Positions 52,864 through 62,341 of a DNA stretch of 64,000 nucleotides are shown piece by piece. The notes under the pieces are model-generated. The model saw nothing but the letters and a program-made list of their open reading frames with translations. It was not told where the DNA came from and searched no databases. Numbering within the stretch: position 1 is the stretch's first letter; each line of letters opens with the position of its first letter. Origin of the DNA: Bdellovibrionales bacterium (GTDB lineage: Bacteria > Bdellovibrionota > Bdellovibrionia > Bdellovibrionales > JAUICD01); assembly GCA_965197425.1 (NCBI GenBank), contig CBDANC010000015.1:160001-224000 (forward strand). The letters are read 5' to 3'. The translations under genes and the position numbers were made by a program.

Positions 52864-53625
52864 TTAATCTCTTGAATTTGTGTAAACTCTTTCTAGTACA
52901 TTTTGCAATATTTCAATTTTTCTTTCGTTGCTGAGAGTATCACTGGAATCTTCATTGTAAAGGTTGTTTCTGGATGAAAGCATGGCACATCTTCTGGTCA
53001 GCTCACTGTGTTTTCCTAATTCTATCTCAGCCTCATGCAATGTATCTAGAGCCTTTGAGGTATTGCTTCTCAAAATGTATGCGTCTGCCAATGATAGGTA
53101 TCGCTCCATTATATTGCATGGTTTCTTGTTACGGGTTTGTTTAATTTTTATCTTTTCTTTTGTGTTGAGGCTTTCTGGTTTTTTCATTTTAAATTGGTCT
53201 TGGTCATTGGAAAGAAGTTTTTTGATTCTGGAAGCCTGTGTTTTGGCTCTAGCATCATATGGGCTTATAAATAAAACACGCTCAAACAAGGCTAGAGCAC
53301 TTTTCATATCCGCTTGTTTTAGGTAGAGTTCAGCAAGCATTTTATGTGCAACCAAACTGTCTGGAGCTATCTCGGTTACTCTACAAAGAGCGTCAATGGC
53401 ACTTGGTATATCCTGTAAATCTATATAAACCTTAGCCAAACTCAAAAATCCACCAGCAAATTTTGGGTTTGTCTGTGTCCCAATTTTTAGGATCCTTAGG
53501 GCTTTTTCTAAAAAACCAGATTTTCTGTATATCTCAGCTAGGCTGGCAAATACTCTGTTAGTTTTGTCAGACTCATATATCTGCTCATACTTTTTAAACA
53601 AGAAGTCATCTATTTGCAGTTTCAT
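52864..53625 (-). CDS. Tetratricopeptide repeat protein
   Basis: FASLAEIYRKSG and following TPR helices. Confidence 0.8.
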   Translation of the reverse strand: MKLQIDDFLFKKYEQIYESDKTNRVFASLAEIYRKSGFLEKALRILKIGTQTNPKFAGGFLSLAKVYIDLQDIPSAIDALCRVTEIAPDSLVAHKMLAELYLKQADMKSALALFERVLFISPYDARAKTQASRIKKLLSNDQDQFKMKKPESLNTKEKIKIKQTRNKKPCNIMERYLSLADAYILRSNTSKALDTLHEAEIELGKHSELTRRCAMLSSRNNLYNEDSSDTLSNERKIEILQNVLERVYTNSRD

Positions 53626-53674
53626 AATTGGGTTTGTATTCTATTAGATAAGACTTTAGTTTGTAAAGGGCATT

Positions 53675-54376
53675 ATGTCGGGACATAGTAAATGGGCAAC
53701 AATTAAAAGAGCAAAAGGCGCTCAAGACGCAAAAAGAGGAAAACTTTTTAACAAAGTTGCCAGAGAGATAGCAACCGCAGTCAGAATTGGAGGGAACAAT
53801 CCAGAAACAAACCCAAGACTAAAAAAAGCAATAAGGCTTGCTAAGTCAGTCTCCATGCCAAAAGATAACATTTCAAAAATTTTAAATAAGAAAGACCATG
53901 ATCAGTATTGTGAAATCACCTATGAGGGATACGCTCCTGGGGGAATAGCGCTAATGATAGAATGTATTACTGATAATAAAACCAGAACTGTTTCTGAGGT
54001 AAGGCATATTTTTAGCAAAATGGGAGGAAGTTTAGGTGAGTCGGGTTGTGTTAAATACCTTTTTGATAAAAAAGGGGAAATTGTGGTTCAGACCAGCAGT
54101 GACAAATTCAAAGAATTGGCAATAGAATTAGGTGCAAACGATATCATCGAAGAAGAAGATTTCACTATAGTGCTTACCGAATCAGAAGATCACGATGCAA
54201 TATCACAACAAATGACCGAGCAGAATTATGAACCGGTAAGTTCCAAAGTTATAGAAGTTGCTAATACCAATGTAGACATAGCAGGAGAAGCTCGTCAAAA
54301 AGTAGTAAAAGTAATAGAGAAATTAGAAGATCTAGACTGTGTTCAAAATGTATATCACAATATGAATGATGAATGA
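53675..54376 (+). CDS. yebC: YebC/PmpR-family protein
   Basis: MSGHSKWATIK, YEGYAPGG, TDNKTRT. Confidence 0.96.
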   Translation: MSGHSKWATIKRAKGAQDAKRGKLFNKVAREIATAVRIGGNNPETNPRLKKAIRLAKSVSMPKDNISKILNKKDHDQYCEITYEGYAPGGIALMIECITDNKTRTVSEVRHIFSKMGGSLGESGCVKYLFDKKGEIVVQTSSDKFKELAIELGANDIIEEEDFTIVLTESEDHDAISQQMTEQNYEPVSSKVIEVANTNVDIAGEARQKVVKVIEKLEDLDCVQNVYHNMNDE

Positions 54377-54881
54377 CTTAAAAACAAAAGATAAAGTCCC
54401 TTTAAGAATTTTAGGATTAGATCCAGGAACATATCATTCTGGCTACGCAATCATAGATTGTTTGGATAATAAGAGCCAGCACTTAACTCATGGCTCAATT
54501 AATCCAGACAAAAAACTACCCATAGATAGTAGAATAAAATATATGGCAGATAATTTAGATAAACTACTAACAGAATATGAGCCTAATGTTGCAGCAATAG
54601 AACAGCCATTTCTAGGGCTCAATGCTAAAAACCTTATTAAGCTTTCTTTGATTCAAGGTGCTTTTATCTATGTTTTAAAGAGTCATAATGTGTCAATACA
54701 GGAAATATCTCCCAAATCTGTCAAGTTGAGTGTTACTGGTAATGGTGCTGCTACAAAGGAACAGGTGAGACTGTTAACAATTGCAAGTTTGGGTATAGAC
54801 TCTAATGAAGGTTTAGATGCTACAGATGCTTTGGCTGTGGCCTTGAGTGCGACCCAACATTATAGTACAAGGCATTTATGA
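54366..54881 (+). CDS. ruvC: Holliday junction resolvase
   Basis: LGLDPG, VTGNGAATKEQV, DATDALAVA. Confidence 0.95.
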   Translation: MMNDLKTKDKVPLRILGLDPGTYHSGYAIIDCLDNKSQHLTHGSINPDKKLPIDSRIKYMADNLDKLLTEYEPNVAAIEQPFLGLNAKNLIKLSLIQGAFIYVLKSHNVSIQEISPKSVKLSVTGNGAATKEQVRLLTIASLGIDSNEGLDATDALAVALSATQHYSTRHL

Positions 54882-55447
54882 TAGCGTTCTTAGAGGGCAA
54901 AGTTTTAAACGCTACCCCAGAAAGGCTTTTGTTATTAACCGAAGCTGGGGTTGGATATCAAGTTTTTATAACCAAATTTTCATACAAAGTTATACACAAC
55001 AAGCCCAAATGCTCTGTTTGGATTCATACCTCTGTCAGGGAAGATTCCATAACTTTCTACGGCTTTACAAACTTGCAAGAAAAAGCGGTATTTGAGGCTC
55101 TAATATCAGTAGATAGACTGGGGCCTAAATTGGCGATTAAATTGTTATCGGCAGCACCATTTGATGTAATTTTTGGTATGATAAAAAACTCCGATGTAAA
55201 AGGTCTGTCGAAATTGCCAGGTATAGGTTCAAAAAAAGCAGAACAAATAGTGTTAAAGTTGAAAGGAAGTGTGATTGATGTTGAAGTTGAGTCTTCCAAG
55301 TTAAAGCATAAAGATACTGTGGTAAGTGCTTTGGTTAATTTAGGATTTAGGCAAACTGATGTGGAAAACGTTGTATCTAACTTTAAAAATGATGTGCCGG
55401 TGAAAGAAGCTATAAAAAAGGGCCTTTCAATTTTGTCGGGCTATTAG
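54878..55447 (+). CDS. ruvA: Holliday junction branch migration protein
   Basis: MIAFLEG, GVGYQV, VRED, PGIGSKKAE. Confidence 0.96.
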   Translation: MIAFLEGKVLNATPERLLLLTEAGVGYQVFITKFSYKVIHNKPKCSVWIHTSVREDSITFYGFTNLQEKAVFEALISVDRLGPKLAIKLLSAAPFDVIFGMIKNSDVKGLSKLPGIGSKKAEQIVLKLKGSVIDVEVESSKLKHKDTVVSALVNLGFRQTDVENVVSNFKNDVPVKEAIKKGLSILSGY

Positions 55448-55458
55448 GAGTATAAAAA

Positions 55459-56445
55459 GTGGTTGATGATAGATTGCTTGGTGGTAAAAAACTTGAGCTA
55501 GACTCTGGAGAAAATAATCTTAGACCTAGAAGCTTTGATGAATTCCCAGGGCAAGACAAGGTCAAGGAGAGACTTAAAGTTATGGTTAAGGCAGCCAAGG
55601 GTAGAAATGATCCCCTGGATCATGTTCTCTTTTGTGGCCCTCCAGGATTAGGAAAGACAACTTTGGGTCACATTATAGCTTCTGAGATGGGCGTTGAACT
55701 AAAAGTAACTTCAGGGCCTGCTATTGAAAAAAAAGGAGATCTAGCAGCTATACTGACAAGTTTACCCCCTTCTGCTGTGTTATTTATTGATGAGATACAC
55801 AGAATAAATCGCACAATTGAAGAGTATTTGTATTCTGCAATGGAGGATTTTTATATTGATATAATTACAGGTGATGGTTTGGGTGCGAAGGCTATGCAAT
55901 TTAAGCTTGAACCATTTACTCTTGCGGGAGCAACTACCAGATCAGGACTTTTGAATGCTCCTTTTAGAGAGAGATTTGGAATAACAGAGAGATTAGATTT
56001 TTATTTGCCAAAAGATTTGACCACTATAGTACTTAGATCAGCAAAAATACTTAACATAAAAATAGATGAGGATGGAGCATTTGAAATAGCATCACGATGC
56101 CGTGGAACACCTAGAGTTTCAAACAGACTACTAAAGAGAATACGGGATTATGCTCAAATTAAATTTGATGATCGTATCGATAAGTTTGTTGCTAGAGAGG
56201 TGCTCATAGAGCTTGAAGTTGATAAGCTTGGTTTAGATTACATGGATAGAAAAATTTTGAAAGCCATAGTTGACAAGTTTGAAGGTGGACCTGTTGGAAT
56301 AGATACTATCAGTTCGGCTATGAGTGAGCAAAAGGATACAATCGAGGAAGTCTATGAACCATATTTGATCAAAGAAGGTTTTCTTATCAAAACTCCAAGA
56401 GGTAGAATCGCCACAAAAAGGACCTTAGATCACTTGAAGGAATAG
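55459..56445 (+). CDS. ruvB: Holliday junction helicase
   Basis: LRPRSF, GPPGLGKTT, FIDEIHR, RGTPR. Confidence 0.97.
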   Translation: MVDDRLLGGKKLELDSGENNLRPRSFDEFPGQDKVKERLKVMVKAAKGRNDPLDHVLFCGPPGLGKTTLGHIIASEMGVELKVTSGPAIEKKGDLAAILTSLPPSAVLFIDEIHRINRTIEEYLYSAMEDFYIDIITGDGLGAKAMQFKLEPFTLAGATTRSGLLNAPFRERFGITERLDFYLPKDLTTIVLRSAKILNIKIDEDGAFEIASRCRGTPRVSNRLLKRIRDYAQIKFDDRIDKFVAREVLIELEVDKLGLDYMDRKILKAIVDKFEGGPVGIDTISSAMSEQKDTIEEVYEPYLIKEGFLIKTPRGRIATKRTLDHLKE

Positions 56446-56561
56446 CAACACAATCTTTCGTATTTAGTTGGTCCCTTATTACATAGGCAGTTTACTGCTT
56501 TATTGGAAATTTGCATTTTTTGGTCGTCACAAAATTAACAATTTATCCTGTGAATTTGTGA

Positions 56562-57218
56562 TTAATGATTTTGAAGCTCATTTATTTTTTCCTCAATTAA
56601 GTTGATTATATTTGTGTTTTCAAGTTGGAGAGCAATTTCTAGAGCGGTTTTACCATAGAAATCTGTTTTCTTTATGTTTATGTCTGGGTGATCAAGTAAT
56701 GTTGGAATTATTTCTTCATGTCCATGTAGTACCGCAAAATGTAGAGTATATCTTCCTTTAAACATTATTCTTAAATTAATATCAGGGTGAGCTACTAGAA
56801 TTTTTGCAGTCTCAGTGTCTTTATTTTTAATCGCAGTCATCAGAGGTGGTGACTCTACCGCGCGCTTTCTGTAGTTTACATTGATATCGTCTCGTTTAAG
56901 AAGGTGAGAGACTACTTCGTGTTTTTCTAGTTTAGTTGCTAGTGTTAATGCATGGTCTATTGCTTCACTACAAAGGAATCTGGAGATAAAGTTTAAATCC
57001 TTGGGAGCTTCTATTAATTGAAGTGTCTTTGTAACATCTCCATCTTGTATTGCTGTATTCAACTCTGAATACAACCCCTCACATCTAGTTTCAGAATCTG
57101 AAGATATATCTCTAACTTTATTTTGTTTAGTATCTACACTTGTGCAGGAAACAATAATCGGGGCTAAAAAAACAAATGTTAAAGAAACTTTATTCAACAC
57201 TTTCACCATACCTATCAT
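56562..57218 (-). CDS. Ankyrin-repeat lipoprotein
   Basis: Lipobox IIVS-C, ankyrin motifs PPLMTA, TLHFAV, GKTALEIA. Confidence 0.82.
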   Translation of the reverse strand: MIGMVKVLNKVSLTFVFLAPIIVSCTSVDTKQNKVRDISSDSETRCEGLYSELNTAIQDGDVTKTLQLIEAPKDLNFISRFLCSEAIDHALTLATKLEKHEVVSHLLKRDDINVNYRKRAVESPPLMTAIKNKDTETAKILVAHPDINLRIMFKGRYTLHFAVLHGHEEIIPTLLDHPDINIKKTDFYGKTALEIALQLENTNIINLIEEKINELQNH

Positions 57219-57302
57219 TTATCACACATAACTTAATATTTGGTAGTATAAGTATATGGAATACACACCATAGTCTACTGTCAATGCTTATTTCTTTAAT
57301 AG

Positions 57303-57570
57303 AAGGTGAGGTTAATGAAGCAAAAATAAGCCGACTTGTTAAATAAAGGTGAGGCTAGTGAACAGCAAACAAATCTGGCTTCGCCAGTTTTTTGCTGTGA
57401 ACACCTGTTTCGCTTTTTTGCTGAGTGCCTGTTTCTATTAAAGGTGATCCCACTATGATCCGGCAAATCGGCAATTGATTTAATTTTTTCTTAAAGGTCC
57501 ATTAGCGAAGCGATTGTTTCCCGGTGTAATGTGTAATACAAACCAAATTCCTAAAGGTCCATCAGGCTCT
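57303..57570 (-). repeat. Cluster of degenerate element ends (five AAGGT-initiated segments) plus an IVP-leader remnant
   Basis: AAGGT at 57303, 57346, 57441, 57494, 57554. Hairpin CAGCAAA..CTGGC-TTC-GCCAG..TTTGCTG. Confidence 0.65.
57482..57507 (+). repeat. 26-nt direct repeat, left copy
   Basis: AATTTTTTCTTAAAGGTCCATTAGCG. Confidence 0.85.
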
Positions 57571-57755
57571 TTAATGGGGCTTTAGGTAAAAATTTCATAA
57601 TTGAAATATCTGTGTAATGTGATTTTTTCTAAAACATTCCAAATCAAACAGTGGGCATAAAAATACTGTTATAATGGAAGGGTCTATATTTGCATTATTT
57701 GGACTCATAAAAGTTAAAGCATAAAATTTTTCTTAAATAAGGAATAACCTAACTA

Positions 57756-60700
57756 ATGAACTATAAGATCATAATAGTATTTTTATTTGTTTTTATATCT
57801 CATGGGTTTGCTTTTGGAAGCCCTGCTTGTGTTGATGTCCTGACGGGCAGAGATCCTGAAATACAATCTTGGTTAGATCAAGAACTACTAGAAGCAGTCA
57901 AAACTGGTGATCTGCAAGATGTCACCTATCTTATAAGTGAAGGTGCTGATTTAAATGTAACAAACAGATATTTAAGTACGCCTTTACATGTGGCTATACG
58001 GGAAGGGCATTATGATGTTGTGGAGTTATTACTTGAAAAAGGAGCAGGTGTAAATGCAAAGAATGTATATGGAAATACACCTTTACATGTAGCTGTAAGT
58101 GCAAAGCAAACTACTATGATAGAGCTTTTTTTAAGAAAGAAAGCTGCAGGTTTGCATATAGGTTTTGATATAAAAAATAATGGTGATGAAGATAATCCTG
58201 ACGGATATACCCCAATTGAGCTAGCTGAAAAACAAAACCCAATTACAATTGCAAAACTCCTTAGTGGTGAATTTACTCCGAGGAAAAGGCCACCCACAGA
58301 ATTGGATGTAGAACTACTAGAAGCAGTTAAAACTGGTGATCTAAAAAGAGTACATAAGCTTATAGAAGAGGATCCTGATGTTGTACATGCAAGAACCCAA
58401 GATTGGGGTACACCTTTACATGTGGCTATACAAGCGGGGCATTATGATATTGTGGAGTTATTAATTGAAAAAGGAGCGGATGTAAACGCAAAGAATGTGC
58501 ATGGAAATACACCTTTACATACAGCTGTAAGTGCAAGGCAAACTACTATGATAGAGCTTTTTTTAAGAAAGAAAGTAGAAGGTTTGAATGTAGATCTTGA
58601 TATAAAAAATAATGGTGATGAAGATAATCCTGACGGATATACCCCAATTGAGCTAGCTGAAAAACAACACCCAATTACAATTGCAAAACTCCTTAGTGGT
58701 GAATTTACTCCGAGGAAAAGGCCACCCACAGAATTGGATGTAGAACTACTAGAAGCAGTTAAAACTGGTGATCTAAAAAGAGTACATGAGCTTATAGAAG
58801 AAGATCCTGATGTTGTACATGCAAAAAACCAATATTGGGGTACACCTTTACATGTGGCTATACAAGCGGGGCATTATGATATTGTGGAGTTATTAATTGA
58901 AAAAGGAGCGGATGTAAACGCAAAGAATGTGCATGGAAATACACCTTTACATACAGCTGTAAGTGCAAGGCAAACTACTATGATAGAGCTTTTTTTAAGA
59001 AAGAAAGCTGCAGGTTTGCATATAGGTTTTGATATAAAAAATAATGGTGATGAAGATAATCCTGACGGATATACCCCAATTGAGCTAGCTGAAAAACGGA
59101 ATGCAACTATAATTACAAAACTTCTTAGTGGTGAATTTGCACCTAGGAAAAGGCCACTAGCAGATAATGATATAAGGATACTAGAGGCTAGCGAAAATGG
59201 CAACCTAGAAGAAGTACATAAGCTTATAGAAAAAGATCCTGATGTTGTACACGCAAGAAATCAACACTGGAGTACACCTTTACACGTAGCTATACAAGTG
59301 GGGCATTATGATGTTGTGGAGTTATTAATTGAAAAAGGTGCGGATGTAAATGCAAAGAATGTGCATGGAAATACGCCTTTACACATAGTTGTAATTGTTG
59401 GGGAGACTGTTTTTGTAAAGTTGTTAATAAGAAATAACGCTAAAGTGGATATAAAAAATGGTAATGAGAAAACTCCTATTGAAATTGCTAAAGAGAGAGG
59501 ACGTGGTAGAATTAGGACGTTTCTTGAAGATGGTGGTGAACTCAGAACAAATGAAGTATCACTAACTTGGTTGGACAAAGAATTAATAAAAGCAGTTGAA
59601 ATGGGCAATCTAGGAGAAATAAGAGAGCTTATAGAAAATCAAGATGCCAATATAGATGTAAGAAATCCTAAAGGAAAATCAACACTATTACACTTAGCTG
59701 CAAAAATAGGATCCTATGATGTTGTGGAGTTGTTAATTGAAAAAGCTCCTGATTTATTAAATGCAAAAACTGTACATTTAAACACACCTTTACACGTGGC
59801 TATACAAGAAGGACAATATGATATTGTGGAATTATTAATTGAAAAAGGTGCGGATGTAAACGCAAAGAATGTGCATGGAAATACACCCTTACATGTAGCT
59901 GTAATGCACGGACAAATTACTATTATAGAGTTTTTTTTACGAAAGAAAGCAGAAGGTTTGAATGTAGATCTTGATATAAAAAATAATAAGAAAGAGACTC
60001 CAATTGAACTAGCTGAAAAACGGAACTCAATCATAATTACAAAACTTCTTAGTGGTGAATTTGCATCTAGGAAAAAGCCACCAACAGAATTGGATGTAGA
60101 ACTACTAGAAGCAGTTAAAACTGGCAATCTAGAAGAAGTACATAAGCTTATAGAAGAAGATCCTGATGTTGTGCATGCAAGAACCAGGGAGTGGAGTACA
60201 CCTTTACATGTAGCTATACAAGCAGGGCATTATGATATTGTGGAATTATTAATTGAAAAAGGTGCGGATATAAATGCAAAGAATATAAATGGAAATACAC
60301 CTTTACACACAGCTGTAAGTCAAGAACAAACTACTATGATAGAGCTTTTTTTAAGAAAGAAAGCTGCAGGTTTGGATATAGGTTTTGATATAAAAAATAA
60401 TGGTGATGAAGATAATCCTGACGGATATACCCCAATTGAGCTAGCTGAAAAACAAAACTCAATCATAATTGCAAAGCTACTTAGTGGTGAGTTTGCACCT
60501 AGGAAAAGGCCACCCACAGAATTGGATGTAGAACTACTAGAAGCAGTTAAAACTGGTGATCTAAAAAGAGTACATAAGATTATAGAAGAGGATCCTGATG
60601 TTGTACACGCAAGAACTCAAAATTGGGGTACACCTTTACATGTGGCTATACAATACAGGCATTATGATATTGTGGAGTTATTAATTGACAAAGGTGCGGA

Positions 60701-61385
60701 TGTAAACGCAAGGAATGTGCGTGGAAATACACCCTTACACATAGCTGTAAATGACAAACAAATTACTACTGTAGAGCTTTTTTTAAGAAAGAAAGTAGAA
60801 GGTTTGAATGTAGATCTTGATATAAAAAATAATGGTGATGAAGATAATCCTGATGGACATACTCCATTTGAACTAGCTGAAAAACGAAACTTTACTATAA
60901 TTAAAAAACTTCTTAGTGGTGAATTTACTCCGAGGAAAAGTCTACCCACAGAATTGGATGTAGAACTACTAGAAGCAGTAAAAACTGGCAAACTAGAAGA
61001 AGTACGTAAGCTTATAGAAGAGGATTCTGATGTTGTACACGCAAGAAATGAACATTGGGGTACACCTTTACATGTGGCTACACAATACAGGCACAATGAT
61101 ATTGTGGAGTTATTAATTGAAAAAGGAGCAGATGTAAACGCAAGGAATGTGCGTGGAAATACACCCTTACACACAGCTGTCCGAATTAGTTTTTATGAAG
61201 CTATAGATATATTGTTAACCATAGAGGAGCTAATTGTAGATGAGGTTAATGATAAAGGTGAAACGGCTTTAGATTTAGCTGCACAAACAGAGAATGAAGT
61301 TATTTTTGATTTGTTAGTTGATAAATTTTTTCCTAAAGGTCCATTAGCGTCTGTGATCAGGCAATCAGAGCCAGGAATCCAGTAG
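57756..61385 (+). CDS. Large secreted ankyrin-repeat protein built from ~144-aa (432-nt) modules
   Basis: Signal peptide ending GFA/FG, many TPLHVA...GADVNAKN repeats, near-identical DNA modules. Confidence 0.95.
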   Translation: MNYKIIIVFLFVFISHGFAFGSPACVDVLTGRDPEIQSWLDQELLEAVKTGDLQDVTYLISEGADLNVTNRYLSTPLHVAIREGHYDVVELLLEKGAGVNAKNVYGNTPLHVAVSAKQTTMIELFLRKKAAGLHIGFDIKNNGDEDNPDGYTPIELAEKQNPITIAKLLSGEFTPRKRPPTELDVELLEAVKTGDLKRVHKLIEEDPDVVHARTQDWGTPLHVAIQAGHYDIVELLIEKGADVNAKNVHGNTPLHTAVSARQTTMIELFLRKKVEGLNVDLDIKNNGDEDNPDGYTPIELAEKQHPITIAKLLSGEFTPRKRPPTELDVELLEAVKTGDLKRVHELIEEDPDVVHAKNQYWGTPLHVAIQAGHYDIVELLIEKGADVNAKNVHGNTPLHTAVSARQTTMIELFLRKKAAGLHIGFDIKNNGDEDNPDGYTPIELAEKRNATIITKLLSGEFAPRKRPLADNDIRILEASENGNLEEVHKLIEKDPDVVHARNQHWSTPLHVAIQVGHYDVVELLIEKGADVNAKNVHGNTPLHIVVIVGETVFVKLLIRNNAKVDIKNGNEKTPIEIAKERGRGRIRTFLEDGGELRTNEVSLTWLDKELIKAVEMGNLGEIRELIENQDANIDVRNPKGKSTLLHLAAKIGSYDVVELLIEKAPDLLNAKTVHLNTPLHVAIQEGQYDIVELLIEKGADVNAKNVHGNTPLHVAVMHGQITIIEFFLRKKAEGLNVDLDIKNNKKETPIELAEKRNSIIITKLLSGEFASRKKPPTELDVELLEAVKTGNLEEVHKLIEEDPDVVHARTREWSTPLHVAIQAGHYDIVELLIEKGADINAKNINGNTPLHTAVSQEQTTMIELFLRKKAAGLDIGFDIKNNGDEDNPDGYTPIELAEKQNSIIIAKLLSGEFAPRKRPPTELDVELLEAVKTGDLKRVHKIIEEDPDVVHARTQNWGTPLHVAIQYRHYDIVELLIDKGADVNARNVRGNTPLHIAVNDKQITTVELFLRKKVEGLNVDLDIKNNGDEDNPDGHTPFELAEKRNFTIIKKLLSGEFTPRKSLPTELDVELLEAVKTGKLEEVRKLIEEDSDVVHARNEHWGTPLHVATQYRHNDIVELLIEKGADVNARNVRGNTPLHTAVRISFYEAIDILLTIEELIVDEVNDKGETALDLAAQTENEVIFDLLVDKFFPKGPLASVIRQSEPGIQ
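61324..61349 (+). repeat. 26-nt direct repeat, right copy
   Basis: AATTTTTTCCTAAAGGTCCATTAGCG, one mismatch to the left copy. Confidence 0.85.
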
Positions 61386-61478
61386 CCCTAGAGGAAGTTA
61401 AAGTTGGTAAATTTTCTATAATCAAATAAATATCTTTATGTATTTACTGGTTAGGTGTAAACCGAATTAAGGAAATCT

Positions 61479-62285
61479 ATGCTTAAAGTTTTATTGTTTT
61501 TATCTTTATACCAAATGGGTGCTTATGCTCAGGAGAATAATAACTCAGGGAAGCCTGAGGATGAGCAGGTGTGTATAACACAAGATTGTGGGTTTTATGC
61601 TGGTATTTCTCTTGGGCTATTACATTTGAAAGAATATAACTTGGAAATAGATTCTGAAAACTCCTACGAGCTTAATCTTAATACTGTAGGGTTAGATACG
61701 AATTTATCCGGCGGTAATGGATTAATTCTGGGATATAAATCTGGAAATATTAGACTTGAAGGATTGTTTAATCTTTCTAACTACAGATCAAATATCCAAT
61801 TTGAGACTGTAGAGCCAAAATTTTATCATGTATCTTACGAGAACATACTCAATGATTTAAGCTTTGATTTCGAATCTAGAACTATTACTGGTACTTTGAG
61901 TGTATGGGCTGAACCTTCAGGCTACTGGATTGATAATGTTAAATTACTTAGATTGGTTAGACCTTATATTGGTGTTTCCACAGGTATAGCTTTTTTTGAT
62001 TTTGATATTGGATTGGATAAAAAATCTTTAGAACTTCTTTCACACGAAATGACGGCTTCTGAGCTAGAAGATTTTCTCATTGATGATAACACTGTCAGTT
62101 CTATATTCTTATTTGGTGGAGGAGTTAACTTAGTATCAATTGGTGGTTTTTTAAACCTTGGTGTTGGATATAGATATGTGACAACTGATCCTGTGTTGTT
62201 TAAATCTATATCTGAGAATGAAATAGATTTGGGAAAACTTTCAAATCACAAGATTGAGTTCAGTACCACAATGAGCATTCCGTAG
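61479..62285 (+). CDS. Putative 8-stranded outer-membrane beta-barrel protein
   Basis: Signal peptide, GFYAGISLG, LGYK..IRLE, RPYIGV, LGVGYRY. Confidence 0.7.
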   Translation: MLKVLLFLSLYQMGAYAQENNNSGKPEDEQVCITQDCGFYAGISLGLLHLKEYNLEIDSENSYELNLNTVGLDTNLSGGNGLILGYKSGNIRLEGLFNLSNYRSNIQFETVEPKFYHVSYENILNDLSFDFESRTITGTLSVWAEPSGYWIDNVKLLRLVRPYIGVSTGIAFFDFDIGLDKKSLELLSHEMTASELEDFLIDDNTVSSIFLFGGGVNLVSIGGFLNLGVGYRYVTTDPVLFKSISENEIDLGKLSNHKIEFSTTMSIP

Positions 62286-62341
62286 ACTAGCTAAAAAAAT
62301 CCTAATAAGTTAATTTTTGTTTTGATATACAAAATTGATCT

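Noticed and set aside
57756..61385. Diversity-generating retroelement target (Avd-like proteins are in the window)
   Set aside because: No reverse transcriptase or non-coding template repeat is seen, and module differences are not confined to adenine positions.
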